NCBI GenBank assembly: GCA_963769935.1 | Contig: CAVYNY010000013.1 | Location: 512,001 to 576,000 of the forward strand | Direction: 5' to 3' | DNA: 64,000 nucleotides | Source of the DNA: an uncultured delta proteobacterium | GTDB taxonomy: Bacteria > Desulfobacterota > Desulfobacteria > Desulfobacterales > JAFDCJ01 | Shown: positions 1-10,323 of the stretch, piece after piece | How the letters are laid out: each line of letters starts with the position of its first letter | Position numbering within the stretch: position 1 is the stretch's first letter | Notes under the pieces: generated by a model | The model's database searches: none | The model's input: the letters and a program-made list of their open reading frames with translations, nothing else | Told to the model about the DNA's origin: nothing | Made by a program: the position numbers and the translations under genes

Positions 1-834
1 AGGGGCTTGCTGGGCAGTTCGATCTGGACCGGAAGACTGGACGCCGGCCGGTTGAGCGCAATTGCGGATGTGAATGGGGTGGCTTATCCGGAGGCCATGG
101 CTCAGGCAGGGCTGAAGGTCACCGACAACCGAATACTGAGTCCGCCTGCGCTTGCAGCGATGCTGGAAGTTCACATCGAGCAGGGGGCGGTTCTTGAAAA
201 ACAGGGTGCCAGGATCGGTCTGGTTGAGGCGATTACCGGCATCCGGCAGCTCGATGTCACCGTTAAAGGCACAGCCGACCATGCCGGCACCACGCCGATG
301 GAAGAGCGCTCGGATGCGTTGCAGGCTGCCGCCCGGATCATTACGGCGGTGGATGAAATTGCGCGGCACAACGGTTCCAGGACAGTGGCCACAGTCGGCC
401 GCATAGCATGTGAGCCGGCCCAGGTCAACGTTATTCCGGGTCGGGCCCGGTTCAGCGTTGATGTGCGGGACCCCGACAAGGCGCTGTTGGAGGCAGCCGT
501 GGCTGCAATAAGCCGAACTGTGGAGCAAATATGCAATGCAAGAAAGCTTGAGTTTGACCTGGTGTGGTTGTCGGAGGCTGAGCCGGTAAACTTGTCCGAC
601 AGCATCCTCGATTTGCTGGAGAAAAAGGCCCGCGCAAGACGTGTAACGCCCCATAGAATGATCAGCGGCGCGGGACACGACACCGCGCTGATTGCTGCCT
701 TGACCAAGGCCGGCATGATTTTTGTTCCCAGCCGGGACGGACTCAGCCACTGTCCGCAGGAGTTCACCCGGCTTGAGGATATCGCCCTGGCCTGCGAAAT
801 TCTAATGGCGGCGGTGGTGGAACTGGCGGCCTGA
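1..834 (+). CDS. Zn-dependent amidohydrolase, M20 family (allantoate amidohydrolase / N-carbamoyl-amino-acid hydrolase-like); 5' end outside window
   Basis: Motifs EVHIEQG, DHAGTTPM, SGAGHD, SHCPQE; frame is open from base 1. Confidence 0.85.
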   Translation, partial: RGLLGSSIWTGRLDAGRLSAIADVNGVAYPEAMAQAGLKVTDNRILSPPALAAMLEVHIEQGAVLEKQGARIGLVEAITGIRQLDVTVKGTADHAGTTPMEERSDALQAAARIITAVDEIARHNGSRTVATVGRIACEPAQVNVIPGRARFSVDVRDPDKALLEAAVAAISRTVEQICNARKLEFDLVWLSEAEPVNLSDSILDLLEKKARARRVTPHRMISGAGHDTALIAALTKAGMIFVPSRDGLSHCPQEFTRLEDIALACEILMAAVVELAA

Positions 835-1100
835 TTTGACGAATTGATGACGCTTTCTTCGTTTTGAATTTTCGTTATTTGCTATTCGAATTTGTTTCGA
901 ATTTCGTGCTTCGGCCCGCCCTGGCGCGACTTATTTGGTTCAGATTGCCGGCCTGGGCGCTTGATCGTTATATATCGTAAACAAAAACCTAAGCCCAAAC
1001 GGTCTGGGCCAGGGATTTCGAATTTATAACATAAAGATATGTATTGCCCTATTAACAGACGGGTTCGTAAAAATACTGTTGTTTGATCGTCCATGCCGAC

Positions 1101-2021
1101 ATGTTAAGTTACCTGATAAAACGCTTACTCGCAACCATCCCGGTGCTGATCGGGATATCACTGCTGCTCTTTTTCATGCTGCGGATGCTGCCCGGCGATC
1201 CGGCCCAGGTTCTGGCCGGTCAAATGGCCACGCCGGAAGAAATAGAAAACATCCGCCATCAGCTCGGTCTGGATCGACCCATTTATGAGCAGTATGCAGC
1301 TTATTTGAGCCGGCTGGCGCGGTTCGACCTGGGGCGATCGGCCCGCACCCAAAATCCGGTGACCCAGGAAATCTGGGCCCGTCTGCCGAACACCCTTCTG
1401 CTGGCCGTGGTAGCCATTGCGCTCGCCTGTCTTTTCGGCATACCGGCCGGAATTATTTCGGCGGTCAGGCCCTACAGCTGGATAGACTATCTGGTGACCG
1501 TCTCCGCCCTTTTCGGCATGTCCATGCCGGTATTCTGGCTCGGCCTGATGCTGGTGGTCGTTTTTGCGGTTATCTTAAAGTGGCTGCCGGCCGGCGGTAC
1601 CGGGGGCTGGCAGAATGTTATCTTACCCTCGATTACACTGGCGGCGTTTGTCGTGGCGTTCATCGCCCGGATGACCCGCTCCACCATGATAGAAACCCTT
1701 TCCCAGGATTTTACCACCACCGCCCGCTCCAAGGGACTTCCGGAAAGGGTGGTGGTCATAAAACATGCCCTCAAAAATGCCATGATTCCGATCATCACGG
1801 TGGTCGGCCTCCAGTTCGGCCTGCTGCTGGGCGGGGCGGTGTTAACCGAAACCGTATTTGCCTGGCCGGGTGTGGGCCGTCTCATCGTCGATTCGATTCT
1901 GGCGCGGGATTATCCGGTAATTCAGGGGGCAATTCTCGTATTTGGATTGCTTTATATCATGGTCAATTTGGTGGTGGATCTCATTTACGCGCTGGTGGAC
2001 CCAAGAATTCGCTATGACTGA
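1101..2021 (+). CDS. dppB: Peptide/nickel ABC transporter permease (DppB/OppB type)
   Basis: LPGDPA, LGLDRP, ARSKGL, VFAWPGVG motifs; ATG at 1101 chosen. Confidence 0.9.
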   Translation: MLSYLIKRLLATIPVLIGISLLLFFMLRMLPGDPAQVLAGQMATPEEIENIRHQLGLDRPIYEQYAAYLSRLARFDLGRSARTQNPVTQEIWARLPNTLLLAVVAIALACLFGIPAGIISAVRPYSWIDYLVTVSALFGMSMPVFWLGLMLVVVFAVILKWLPAGGTGGWQNVILPSITLAAFVVAFIARMTRSTMIETLSQDFTTTARSKGLPERVVVIKHALKNAMIPIITVVGLQFGLLLGGAVLTETVFAWPGVGRLIVDSILARDYPVIQGAILVFGLLYIMVNLVVDLIYALVDPRIRYD

Positions 2022-2904
2022 TATTGCTGAAAATAACATCGCCGGAGCCGGACGGCTCACAGCCGACAGTCCGCTGCGCCGCAACTGGGCCAAGCTCAAA
2101 CGCAACAAGGCGGCCCTGGTCGGCGGTGCCCTGATTATTATTTATGTGCTGAGTGCAGTGTTCGCCCCGCTTCTGTTCAGCGGCAATCCATCCGCCCCGA
2201 ATCTGATAAATTCTTTGGAACCGCCTTCCATGAAAGACCCCCTGGGCACGGATGAATTGGGCCGCTCGATTCTGGGACGCATCATCTACGGTTCGCGCAT
2301 CTCCCTTGTGATCGCAGTGGGGGTGGTTTTCGTTGGGATGATTTGCGGCATTCCATTGGGGTTGATATCCGGCTACTATGGCGGCAAAATCGATTTTTTA
2401 ATCCAGCGGGCAACCGATGCGATGCTGGCCTTCCCGGGTTTTCTTCTCGCCCTGGCCCTGGTAGCGGTTCTGGGCGTTGGGGTTAAAAATACGGTAATAT
2501 CAATCGGCATCAGCATGATCCCGATGTACATTCGTCTTGTCAGAGGCTGTGTCCTGGCGATAAGGCAAGAAGTTTACGTTGAGGCCGCCCGGGCGGTCGG
2601 CACCCGTGATGCCACAATATTACTGCGGCACATCCTGCCCAACGTCATGGTGCCGATCACCGTCCAGACCAGCCTGAGCATGGGTACCGCAATTCTGTTT
2701 GCGGCCGGTCTGGGTTTTCTCGGCATCGGTGTTCAGCCGCCCACACCGGAATGGGGCACCATGCTGGGCTCGGCCCGATCCTACCTTTTCCACGCACCGC
2801 ATGTGGCGACGTTTCCGGGTATTGCCATCTTTCTGGCCGTGCTCAGCTTCAACCTGCTGGGAGACGGCTTGCGCGATGCCCTGGATCCGAGGTTCAAGCT
2901 ATGA
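2014..2904 (+). CDS. dppC: Peptide ABC transporter permease (DppC/OppC type)
   Basis: LGTDELGR, YVEAARAVG, PPTPEWG, DALDPR; ATG 2014 overlaps the upstream gene end. Confidence 0.9.
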   Translation: MTDIAENNIAGAGRLTADSPLRRNWAKLKRNKAALVGGALIIIYVLSAVFAPLLFSGNPSAPNLINSLEPPSMKDPLGTDELGRSILGRIIYGSRISLVIAVGVVFVGMICGIPLGLISGYYGGKIDFLIQRATDAMLAFPGFLLALALVAVLGVGVKNTVISIGISMIPMYIRLVRGCVLAIRQEVYVEAARAVGTRDATILLRHILPNVMVPITVQTSLSMGTAILFAAGLGFLGIGVQPPTPEWGTMLGSARSYLFHAPHVATFPGIAIFLAVLSFNLLGDGLRDALDPRFKL

Positions 2905-3884
2905 CGGCACAGATAGCCCCCCTGCTCGCCATCGGCAATCTGCACATCCGTTTTCACACGCTGGATGGGATCGTAGAAGCCGTGGCTGGAATCGATTTTG
3001 AAGTCTACCCCGGGGAAACACTGGGGCTGGTCGGTGAAAGCGGCTGCGGCAAGAGCGTCACCGCCCTTTCTATATTGCAGCTTTTACGGTGTCCGCCGGC
3101 TGAGATCCAGGGCCAAATTTTTTTTGAAGGCAAAGATCTGCTCAAATTGGGTCGGGAGGGTATCCGAAAAATCAGGGGCAACGACATCTCGATGATCTTT
3201 CAGGAACCCATGACTTCCCTGAATCCGGTTTTAAAGATCGGGGAGCAGATTGCCGAGGCCGGCCGCCTGCATAAAAACATGAATCGGCACCAGGCCTGGC
3301 GCTGGGCGGTGGAGATGCTGCGCATGGTCCAGATACCGGGACCGGGTTCCCGCAGCCGGCAATACCCCCACAAGTTCTCCGGCGGCATGCGGCAGCGCGC
3401 GATGATCGCCATGGCGCTGTCCTGCAACCCGCGCCTGATACTGGCCGATGAACCGACAACCGCCCTGGATGTCACCATCCAGGCGCAAATCATGAGCCTT
3501 ATGCAGCGGCTCAAAGATGAATTCCGAACGGCAATCGTGCTGATTACGCATGATCTGGGTGTTATTGCCGAAATGGCCAGCCGGGTGGTCGTCATGTATG
3601 CCGGAAAAGTCGTCGAGGAGGCACCGGTTAAAGCGCTTTTTAAAGACCCCCGGCACCCGTATACCGTGGGACTGCTGGGGTCGATTCCGGTCATCGGCCG
3701 CAAAGAGCAAACCGGCCGGCGCCTCCATGAGATTAAAGGGATGGTGCCCAGTCCGTCGAATATGCCCGTGGGCTGCAGGTTTCATCCGCGCTGCGGCCGG
3801 GCAATGGACCGCTGCCGCCGCCAGGAACCGCCGATGATTCAACTGGGAGAGCATCGGAGGGTCAGCTGCTGGTTGGAGGCCTAA
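2901..3884 (+). CDS. dppD: Peptide ABC transporter ATP-binding protein (DppD type)
   Basis: Walker A GESGCGKS, FSGGMRQR, DEPTTALD, C-terminal Cys cluster; ATGA overlap with dppC stop. Confidence 0.9.
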   Translation: MTAQIAPLLAIGNLHIRFHTLDGIVEAVAGIDFEVYPGETLGLVGESGCGKSVTALSILQLLRCPPAEIQGQIFFEGKDLLKLGREGIRKIRGNDISMIFQEPMTSLNPVLKIGEQIAEAGRLHKNMNRHQAWRWAVEMLRMVQIPGPGSRSRQYPHKFSGGMRQRAMIAMALSCNPRLILADEPTTALDVTIQAQIMSLMQRLKDEFRTAIVLITHDLGVIAEMASRVVVMYAGKVVEEAPVKALFKDPRHPYTVGLLGSIPVIGRKEQTGRRLHEIKGMVPSPSNMPVGCRFHPRCGRAMDRCRRQEPPMIQLGEHRRVSCWLEA

Positions 3885-4022
3885 TTAGTTGAAGAGTTTA
3901 TTGAGTTTGTTGAGTTTATTGGGCTGATTGAGTTGATCAAGTTGACTGGGGTTGGCCAATCGCAAATTAAAAATGATAGAATACATTCATTCGACATTCG
4001 TCATTAGTCATTCCAATATACT

Positions 4023-4982
4023 ATGGCACTTCTTGAGGTTGAAAATCTAAAAAAATACTTTCCCGTCAAAAAGGGAGTCTTTTCCCGTACGGTCGGACAG
4101 GTGCGGGCGGTGGACGGGGTCAGTTTCACTTTAAACCGGGGGGAAACCCTGGGGCTGGTTGGCGAAAGCGGGTGCGGCAAGACCACTGTCGGACGCTCGA
4201 TTTTACGTCTCATCGAACCCACCGCAGGCCGGGTAACCTTCAACGGAAAAAATCTGCTTGAGTTGGATCGGGAAGATCTCAGGAGCACGCGCGCTTCGCT
4301 TCAGATTATCTTCCAGGACCCCTTCTCTTCGCTCGATCCCCGGATGAGTGTCAGCCAGATTATCGCCGAGCCGATTTGCAACCACCTGCATCTTTCAAGA
4401 CCGGAAATACAGGACCGGGTGGCCTATTTGATGGAACGCGTCGGCCTGCACCCGGAGCAAAGAAACCGTTACCCCCATGAATTTTCCGGTGGACAACGCC
4501 AGCGGATCGGCATTGCCCGGGCGCTGGCATTGAATCCTCTGGTCATCATCTGCGACGAACCGGTGTCGGCCCTGGATGTTTCCATTCAGGCTCAGGTGAT
4601 CAATCTTCTGGCTCAGCTGCAGGAGCAGATGAATCTTTCCTACCTTTTCATCGCCCATGATCTGAGTGTGGTGGAGCACATCAGCAATCGCGTGGCGGTC
4701 ATGTACCTGGGCCGCATTGTCGAACTGACAACCGACAAGGAGCTTTATAAAAATCCTCTGCATCCCTACAGTCAGGCGCTGTTGTCAGCCGTTCCCATTC
4801 CGGACCCGGAATTCCACCAGCAGAAAATTGTCCTGCAGGGGGATGTACCGAGCCCGGCAAACCCGCCGCCGGGATGTACTTTTCACACGAGATGTCCGGA
4901 GCGCGAGGCAATATGCTCACGGGAAATTCCCGTCTTTAAAAATATAGGCCGGGAGCATTGGGTTGCATGCCATCTGCGGTAG
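4023..4982 (+). CDS. dppF: Peptide ABC transporter ATP-binding protein (DppF type)
   Basis: [29 protein letters not shown]-terminus. Confidence 0.9.
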   Translation: MALLEVENLKKYFPVKKGVFSRTVGQVRAVDGVSFTLNRGETLGLVGESGCGKTTVGRSILRLIEPTAGRVTFNGKNLLELDREDLRSTRASLQIIFQDPFSSLDPRMSVSQIIAEPICNHLHLSRPEIQDRVAYLMERVGLHPEQRNRYPHEFSGGQRQRIGIARALALNPLVIICDEPVSALDVSIQAQVINLLAQLQEQMNLSYLFIAHDLSVVEHISNRVAVMYLGRIVELTTDKELYKNPLHPYSQALLSAVPIPDPEFHQQKIVLQGDVPSPANPPPGCTFHTRCPEREAICSREIPVFKNIGREHWVACHLR

Positions 4983-5248
4983 GGAAGTGTTACACGCTGG
5001 ACTCCGTCATTTAGTTTCGGTTCCATGAAGAAATAAGGTATTCTTTGTGGGATCATTTCAATTCCGATGAACTTCGGAGTGTTGGAGTAATGGAGTAATG
5101 GCGCAAGGCTTGATATCTTCTTTCTCAATACTCCAGCACTCCATCACGCCCTTACCCCGTTTGTCAGGGGCACGGAACGAATTGACAATGTGCTGCGAAT
5201 TTCTATAGGATACGACTTGGAGCTCACTCAAACGTAAAGGAACAGATC

Positions 5249-6673
5249 ATGACCACAGCCCGTGATTGGGAAAAACCGATTCGCCGGTTGGAACTTTTGA
5301 TGCGGCTCAAGTCTTTTCCGGTGGCCTTCAAGCTTTTCGAAGACCGGGAGGCTATTGCCGCTATTCCTTTTGTCCGGCGCATGAACCACAAATCCACCCT
5401 CTGCCAGTTGATCAATCTCGTCAGGAACTTTGACTGGACGGTCGGCGCCGAACTCGATGACTTTATGTCGGTGGTCTGTCCTTCCATCATCGGGCTGACC
5501 GATATACCCGCCTACATGAAAGATGGCACGTTTCGCAGCATCGTGTGGACCAAAAGCCGCAGCGACGCCAAAAAGTACGAAAGCGAAATTCCGCGCCTGC
5601 CGGCCGGCAAATACAAGGCGGTGGCAATGGCCCCCCTCGTTTACAATCCGTTCGATCCTGATATTGTTTTAATCTATGCCAATCCGGCCCAGATGATGCT
5701 GCTGATCAATTCCCTGCAGTTTGAAGATTACGAGGTGATGCAGTTTCACTGCGTTGGTGAGAGTTCGTGCAGCGATGCGATCGCCCGATGCTACCTGCAG
5801 GGAAAGCCGGCCCTGAGTATTCCCTGCTACGGCGAACGCCGCTACGGACACGCCCAGGATGATGAACTGGTCATGGCGATTCCGGCCGCAATGATGGATA
5901 AAGCCCTGAACGGCATGGAAGCTCTTTACCGCAGGGGGATACGCTACCCGATCAGCTACGCGGGAGCGGAAACCGATGTGGCCCACGCTTTCCCCGCGGC
6001 CTACGGCGCCGAAGATATGATCAATAAGCTCAGAGGCGACGGCAACCGGTTGCTGCTCGGTGTAACGGGCAGCATTGCCACCGGCAAGTCCACTGTTGCC
6101 GGTATGCTGGAAGAACTGGGCGCACGCACCATCGATTTCGATGTCTTGAGCCGGGTTGTGGTAGCGCCCGACAAACCGGCCTGGCAGGATATTGTCGCTT
6201 ACTTTGGTGAGCAGGTTTTAGCTGAGGACCGCACGCTGGACCGCACCAAACTGCGTGAGATCGTATTTAACGATCTCGAGAAGAAAAAGAAACTCGAAGG
6301 TTTCCAGCATCCCCGCATTTTTGAAGAATTCATCCGACAGGTCGAGCAGTATACCAGTGAAGACGCGAACGCCGTCATCCAGGCCGTGGTGCCGCTTCTG
6401 ATCGAAGTCAACATGCAATCGCTGTTTCACAATATTTTAATGGTCTATGCCACCGAAGAAGAGCAGAAAAAGCGTCTGATGAAACGCGACGGTTCGACGG
6501 AGGAAATGGCTATGACTATGATCAGATCCCAGCTCTCGGCGGATGAAAAGAAGGGATATTGTGATTTGATCATTGATAATTCGGGCCCCCTGGAAGAAAC
6601 CCGCAAACAGGTCGAAAAAATCTGGAAGCAGTTGGAGAAGATTCAGAAGGAGCGCAAGGGAAGTAAAATTTGA
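5249..6673 (+). CDS. coaE: DUF169-like domain fused to dephospho-CoA kinase (CoaE)
   Basis: N-terminal ~255 aa with CQ..VR, PDIVLIYANPAQMM.L, SCSD, SIPCYGER; C-terminal GVTGSIATGKST Walker A, LDRTKL, HPRI, PLLIE, IIDNSG. Confidence 0.8.
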   Translation: MTTARDWEKPIRRLELLMRLKSFPVAFKLFEDREAIAAIPFVRRMNHKSTLCQLINLVRNFDWTVGAELDDFMSVVCPSIIGLTDIPAYMKDGTFRSIVWTKSRSDAKKYESEIPRLPAGKYKAVAMAPLVYNPFDPDIVLIYANPAQMMLLINSLQFEDYEVMQFHCVGESSCSDAIARCYLQGKPALSIPCYGERRYGHAQDDELVMAIPAAMMDKALNGMEALYRRGIRYPISYAGAETDVAHAFPAAYGAEDMINKLRGDGNRLLLGVTGSIATGKSTVAGMLEELGARTIDFDVLSRVVVAPDKPAWQDIVAYFGEQVLAEDRTLDRTKLREIVFNDLEKKKKLEGFQHPRIFEEFIRQVEQYTSEDANAVIQAVVPLLIEVNMQSLFHNILMVYATEEEQKKRLMKRDGSTEEMAMTMIRSQLSADEKKGYCDLIIDNSGPLEETRKQVEKIWKQLEKIQKERKGSKI

Positions 6674-6923
6674 GGCCGGACGATCAGGTTTTCAATATCA
6701 AGTTTTTTTAAATGCCTAAAATGTCTAAAGTGCCTAAAATGCCTAAAATTAATGAATCAGGCCCGTTTTAAATGCGAAGGCCGTAACTTAACCGAGAAGC
6801 ATTCGCGCTTCGCGGCTTTCCAGCTTCCCAGCCTTCAAGCCCGAAGTATAGTTGGCAGGCCGGGGAATTATTTTAAACGCCTAAATAAATTCGCAACATG
6901 ACAACCGCATCGGGAGAACCAGC

Positions 6924-7406
6924 ATGACCATTCGTTTTTTGAGAAACAAAGTCGTCGAAGTGGAAGGGCAGTCCGACGGCAGTCTGGCAGTGTCGTGGCG
7001 GCTGACCGACGATCTTCTAAAGGCCGAAGTTAAAATAACGGTGCAGCCGCCGGATCTTGAAATAACGACCGCCGCAGCCGCCCTGGACCGGCTGGTTCCC
7101 CGGGCCTGGTCGTCGGCCCCTGAATTAATCAAAAAAATAGAAGGTGTCAGAATCGGCTCCGGCCTGCGCAAGATCGTCAAAGGTCTGCTCGACGGCCCGC
7201 AGGGCTGCCCAATACTGGCGCAGGCCGTGCTTGAAAGTGCAAATGCCGTCATCCTGCACTTTACCCGGCCCGGGCTTCAGGCGGGCGAACAGCTTGCCGG
7301 TGAAGAAGAATTGAATTTCTTGAGGGAAATGATCAAGAATAACCCCCGTCTGGTGCGAAGTTGCGTCGCCTTTCAGGACGAAAGTCCTATTATGCAAGGG
7401 CTTTAA
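6924..7406 (+). CDS. DUF2889-like protein
   Basis: L.DDL..A, IEGVRIGSGLRKIV, GCP.L, SC.AF pattern; GGAG RBS. Confidence 0.6.
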   Translation: MTIRFLRNKVVEVEGQSDGSLAVSWRLTDDLLKAEVKITVQPPDLEITTAAAALDRLVPRAWSSAPELIKKIEGVRIGSGLRKIVKGLLDGPQGCPILAQAVLESANAVILHFTRPGLQAGEQLAGEEELNFLREMIKNNPRLVRSCVAFQDESPIMQGL

Positions 7407-7408
7407 GT

Positions 7409-7544
7409 GATTGAATATTGTCGATTGAATAATGAATATTTAAGATTCGCCTCCGGCGGATCAATTTAAAAATCGCGGATAAAATTAATGACGGAGCGAA
7501 GCGACTTCCACAAATATTCAATTTACAATCTTCAATCTTCAATT
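7409..7544. repeat. Heptamer-repeat palindromic intergenic element, (ATTGAAT)n ... (CTTCAAT)n
   Basis: Arms are reverse complements; core GACGGAGCGAAGCGAC.TCC.CAAAT; related copies at 16536-16737, 26527-26656, 32300-32335. Confidence 0.8.
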
Positions 7545-7563
7545 ATTAGATAAGGAGATCCTC

Positions 7564-7989
7564 ATGATTACATTCAACCGCAGCCAGGTGATCGGCGCCG
7601 AGTTCCCGAATGAGGAGACGGTGCGGTTTAACGGTACCCAGGTAGACCATATCTACAGCATGGAGATCAATATGGATGTGCGCCTTTCAGACGGCGAGAT
7701 ATTGGCCATCGAGGGGCACATGAAACGCTACACCAATTTTGTGTGTCCGCAGGCCGTACCCGTGCTTCAGAATGCCGTCGGCATGTCCCTGCTTGAAGAA
7801 GACTGGGACCGCCGCATCATGAAAGAAATCGGGCGCAAGGGCTGCGAACATTTCGCCGAGATCATCATCGAGTGCGGCCGCAGCCTCGAGCAGGCCTGCC
7901 TGAGCAAGGCCCTCTGGCAGGCGCTTGAAAAAAGCCCCGAATTAGATCAGTTGGAGTTTATAGAAAAATGGGCAATGGCATCAATGTAA
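7564..7989 (+). CDS. Second DUF2889-like protein
   Basis: VDHIYSMEI.MDV, VCPQA, GCEHF; AGGAG RBS. Confidence 0.6.
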   Translation: MITFNRSQVIGAEFPNEETVRFNGTQVDHIYSMEINMDVRLSDGEILAIEGHMKRYTNFVCPQAVPVLQNAVGMSLLEEDWDRRIMKEIGRKGCEHFAEIIIECGRSLEQACLSKALWQALEKSPELDQLEFIEKWAMASM

Positions 7990-8042
7990 AACGTGGATAT
8001 CGCGCTTTTTCTACTGTCAACTGCCTATGGGAAGATACGAGC

Positions 8043-8072
8043 TTGACATCGGTCTTAATTTAGTACTATAAA
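8043..8072 (+). promoter_or_regulatory. Sigma70-type promoter of toxin-antitoxin operon
   Basis: TTGACA at 8043 and TATAAA at 8067, followed by GGAGG RBS; similar layout at 60510. Confidence 0.6.
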
Positions 8073-8090
8073 AAGGCCGGAGGTGATAAA

Positions 8091-8372
8091 ATGAATATTT
8101 CGCAGGATATAAAACCGGTAACTTATCTTAAATCGAGGGCAGCTGATTTGCTGAAACAAATTAATGAAACCCATCGCCCGGTGATCATTACGCAAAACGG
8201 AGAGCCGAAAGCAATATTACAAGATCCAAAAAGTTATGAAAATATGCGTAATGCAATCGGGCTATTGAAACTGATCTCCCAAGGTGAGGATGAGATAAGG
8301 AGCGGTAATTCGAAGTCTCAGAAAGAAGTCTTCGAGAACATGGAAGATTTTCTGAAAGACAAAATGAAATGA
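8091..8372 (+). CDS. Phd/YefM family antitoxin
   Basis: DIKPVTYLK, PVIITQNGEPKAIL. Confidence 0.9.
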   Translation: MNISQDIKPVTYLKSRAADLLKQINETHRPVIITQNGEPKAILQDPKSYENMRNAIGLLKLISQGEDEIRSGNSKSQKEVFENMEDFLKDKMK

Positions 8373-8373
8373 A

Positions 8374-8709
8374 ATGAACCAAAAGTATGACATCATATGG
8401 TCAAATATTGCAGAGAATGATTTAAAATATATCGTTGAATACATTGCCGACGACAGCCCATCGAACGCCTTAACAATATTTAAGCGCATAAAACAAAAAG
8501 CTTCAAGCCTTTACACCTTTCCTGAAAGAGGACGAATCATCCCGGAATTGCGGGATCAAGGCATACTTCAATATCGGGAATTAGTCGTTTCCCCGTGGAG
8601 AATCATATATAGAATTTCAGAAAAGAGTGTCTTCGTATTGTCAGTTTTGGATTCACGCCGAAATATTGAGGATCTTCTATTGAAAAGGCTCACAAATTCA
8701 AAGTTTTAA
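8374..8709 (+). CDS. RelE/ParE family toxin
   Basis: AENDL..I.EYIA.DSP, FPERGR..PEL, WRIIYRI, LDSRR. Confidence 0.9.
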   Translation: MNQKYDIIWSNIAENDLKYIVEYIADDSPSNALTIFKRIKQKASSLYTFPERGRIIPELRDQGILQYRELVVSPWRIIYRISEKSVFVLSVLDSRRNIEDLLLKRLTNSKF

Positions 8710-8899
8710 ATCTGCTGATAGAGGCATGGAGATGGAGGGGATGTATCCTGCGGTTCAAATGAATGATAATTGGTTCTAACTTTTGCCCCGTCAGATTTTT
8801 CGTGTTTGCACTCGTCCGCAGCTTATGTTTGGCGATGGGCCTACAGAATTTAATCTTGATGCCTGAAACGAGGGCACATGGAACAGAGGAAGGTTAACC

Positions 8900-9568
8900 A
8901 TGCGCATCGATCTTCATATGCACACTTCACCGCTCTCGGCCTGCAGCTACCTCGATCCGCATGAGCTGGTGCAGCAAGCCCGGCGTTTAAAGCTGGATGG
9001 GATCTGTCTTACCGAACATCAGGTCTTGTGGGACCCCCGGGAGATGGACGCCCTGGCCCGCGAAGGGGGCATTAAGATCTTTCGGGGCAACGAGTATACT
9101 ACCAATCAGGGAGACGTCCTGGTTTTCGGCTTCTATGAGGATATCAAGGAACTGCTGTTGATCCAGCAGCTGCGTGACGAAGTAAAAAAGGCCGGCGGCT
9201 ATATGATCGCCGCCCACCCCTTCCGCGGGTTTAAAACTTTCGGCATCGGCCAACTTCAGATGACCGTAGAGCAGGCCTGCAAACGCAAGGTGTTTGAATA
9301 TGTCGATGCCATTGAAGTGCTAAACGGCAAACTGTCGGAAGAGGAAAACGACATGTCCCGCAAGGTTGCTGAAAAACTGGGACTGCCGGGGACCGCCGGC
9401 AGTGATGCCCACCGGGTAGATGAAATTGCGACAGCGGTGACTGTCTTCGAGAACGAAATCCGGGATGAAAAAGAACTGGTGGCGGAGCTCCACGCGGGAA
9501 GGTTCAAGATAGAGGACCCGTCTTCGCTCTTCGAGCTACGCCGTGGCAAGCAGAAGACCAATGACTGA
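8900..9568 (+). CDS. PHP-domain metal-dependent phosphoesterase
   Basis: DLHMHT, LTEH, AAHPFR, GSDAH motifs. Confidence 0.85.
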   Translation: MRIDLHMHTSPLSACSYLDPHELVQQARRLKLDGICLTEHQVLWDPREMDALAREGGIKIFRGNEYTTNQGDVLVFGFYEDIKELLLIQQLRDEVKKAGGYMIAAHPFRGFKTFGIGQLQMTVEQACKRKVFEYVDAIEVLNGKLSEEENDMSRKVAEKLGLPGTAGSDAHRVDEIATAVTVFENEIRDEKELVAELHAGRFKIEDPSSLFELRRGKQKTND

Positions 9569-9821
9569 GGGCCGAGGATTGATAAAATCGGTGTAAGGTT
9601 CAGGGTATAAGGAGTAGGGGTAAATGATTTCATTCAATTTATCTATAACGTCATGTTGAACGGCACCTCATTCACTTTATCAATATCGATATCTATTAAC
9701 TATTTACCTTAAACCATACACCCTATACCATAGACCTTATATCTGGAATGTCGCGTTAGGGAAATTCAGAATATTTTTACGATTAGGCCCTATATTCGAA
9801 CAATGAAGGGAGCGTTTATTG

Positions 9822-10295
9822 ATGACGGAAAAAGCAGTTCAGGATTACTACCCGGATGATATCGCCGTATGCTACGGATGCGGCAAGTTGAACGAACATG
9901 GACATCAGATTAAAAGCTACTGGGAGGGGCAAGAGACTGTCTGCCGGTTTCAACCCAAACCCTACCACACGGCTTTTCCCGGTTATGTTTACGGCGGTTT
10001 GATCGCTTCCTTAATCGATTGTCACGGCACCGGCACCGCTGCCTCTGCAAAATTTCTCGAACAGGGCAAGCCCCTGGGCAGCGAAACGTTGGAGCGGTTC
10101 GTGACGGTGTCGCTGCACGTCGATTATGTGGCACCGACGCCTATCGATAAAACGCTGGAGCTGCGGGGACGGGTGAAGGAAAGCAAAGGGCGCAAAATGG
10201 TGGTTTCCGTGACGGTGTTTGCCGAGGGTAAAGAAACGGCCCGCGGCGAGGTGGTATCCCTTCAAATGCCGAAAGACTTTCTCCCCAAAAAATAG
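9822..10295 (+). CDS. PaaI-family (hotdog fold) thioesterase
   Basis: CYGCG, YGGLIASLIDCHG, VTVSLHVDY..PTP. Confidence 0.85.
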   Translation: MTEKAVQDYYPDDIAVCYGCGKLNEHGHQIKSYWEGQETVCRFQPKPYHTAFPGYVYGGLIASLIDCHGTGTAASAKFLEQGKPLGSETLERFVTVSLHVDYVAPTPIDKTLELRGRVKESKGRKMVVSVTVFAEGKETARGEVVSLQMPKDFLPKK

Positions 10296-10323
10296 TAAAG
10301 TAAACAATCCTGACCCCAAAGAC

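Noticed and set aside
835..4982. Missing substrate-binding subunit (dppA) as an anomaly
   Set aside because: The gene cluster begins before the window edge, so dppA may lie upstream.
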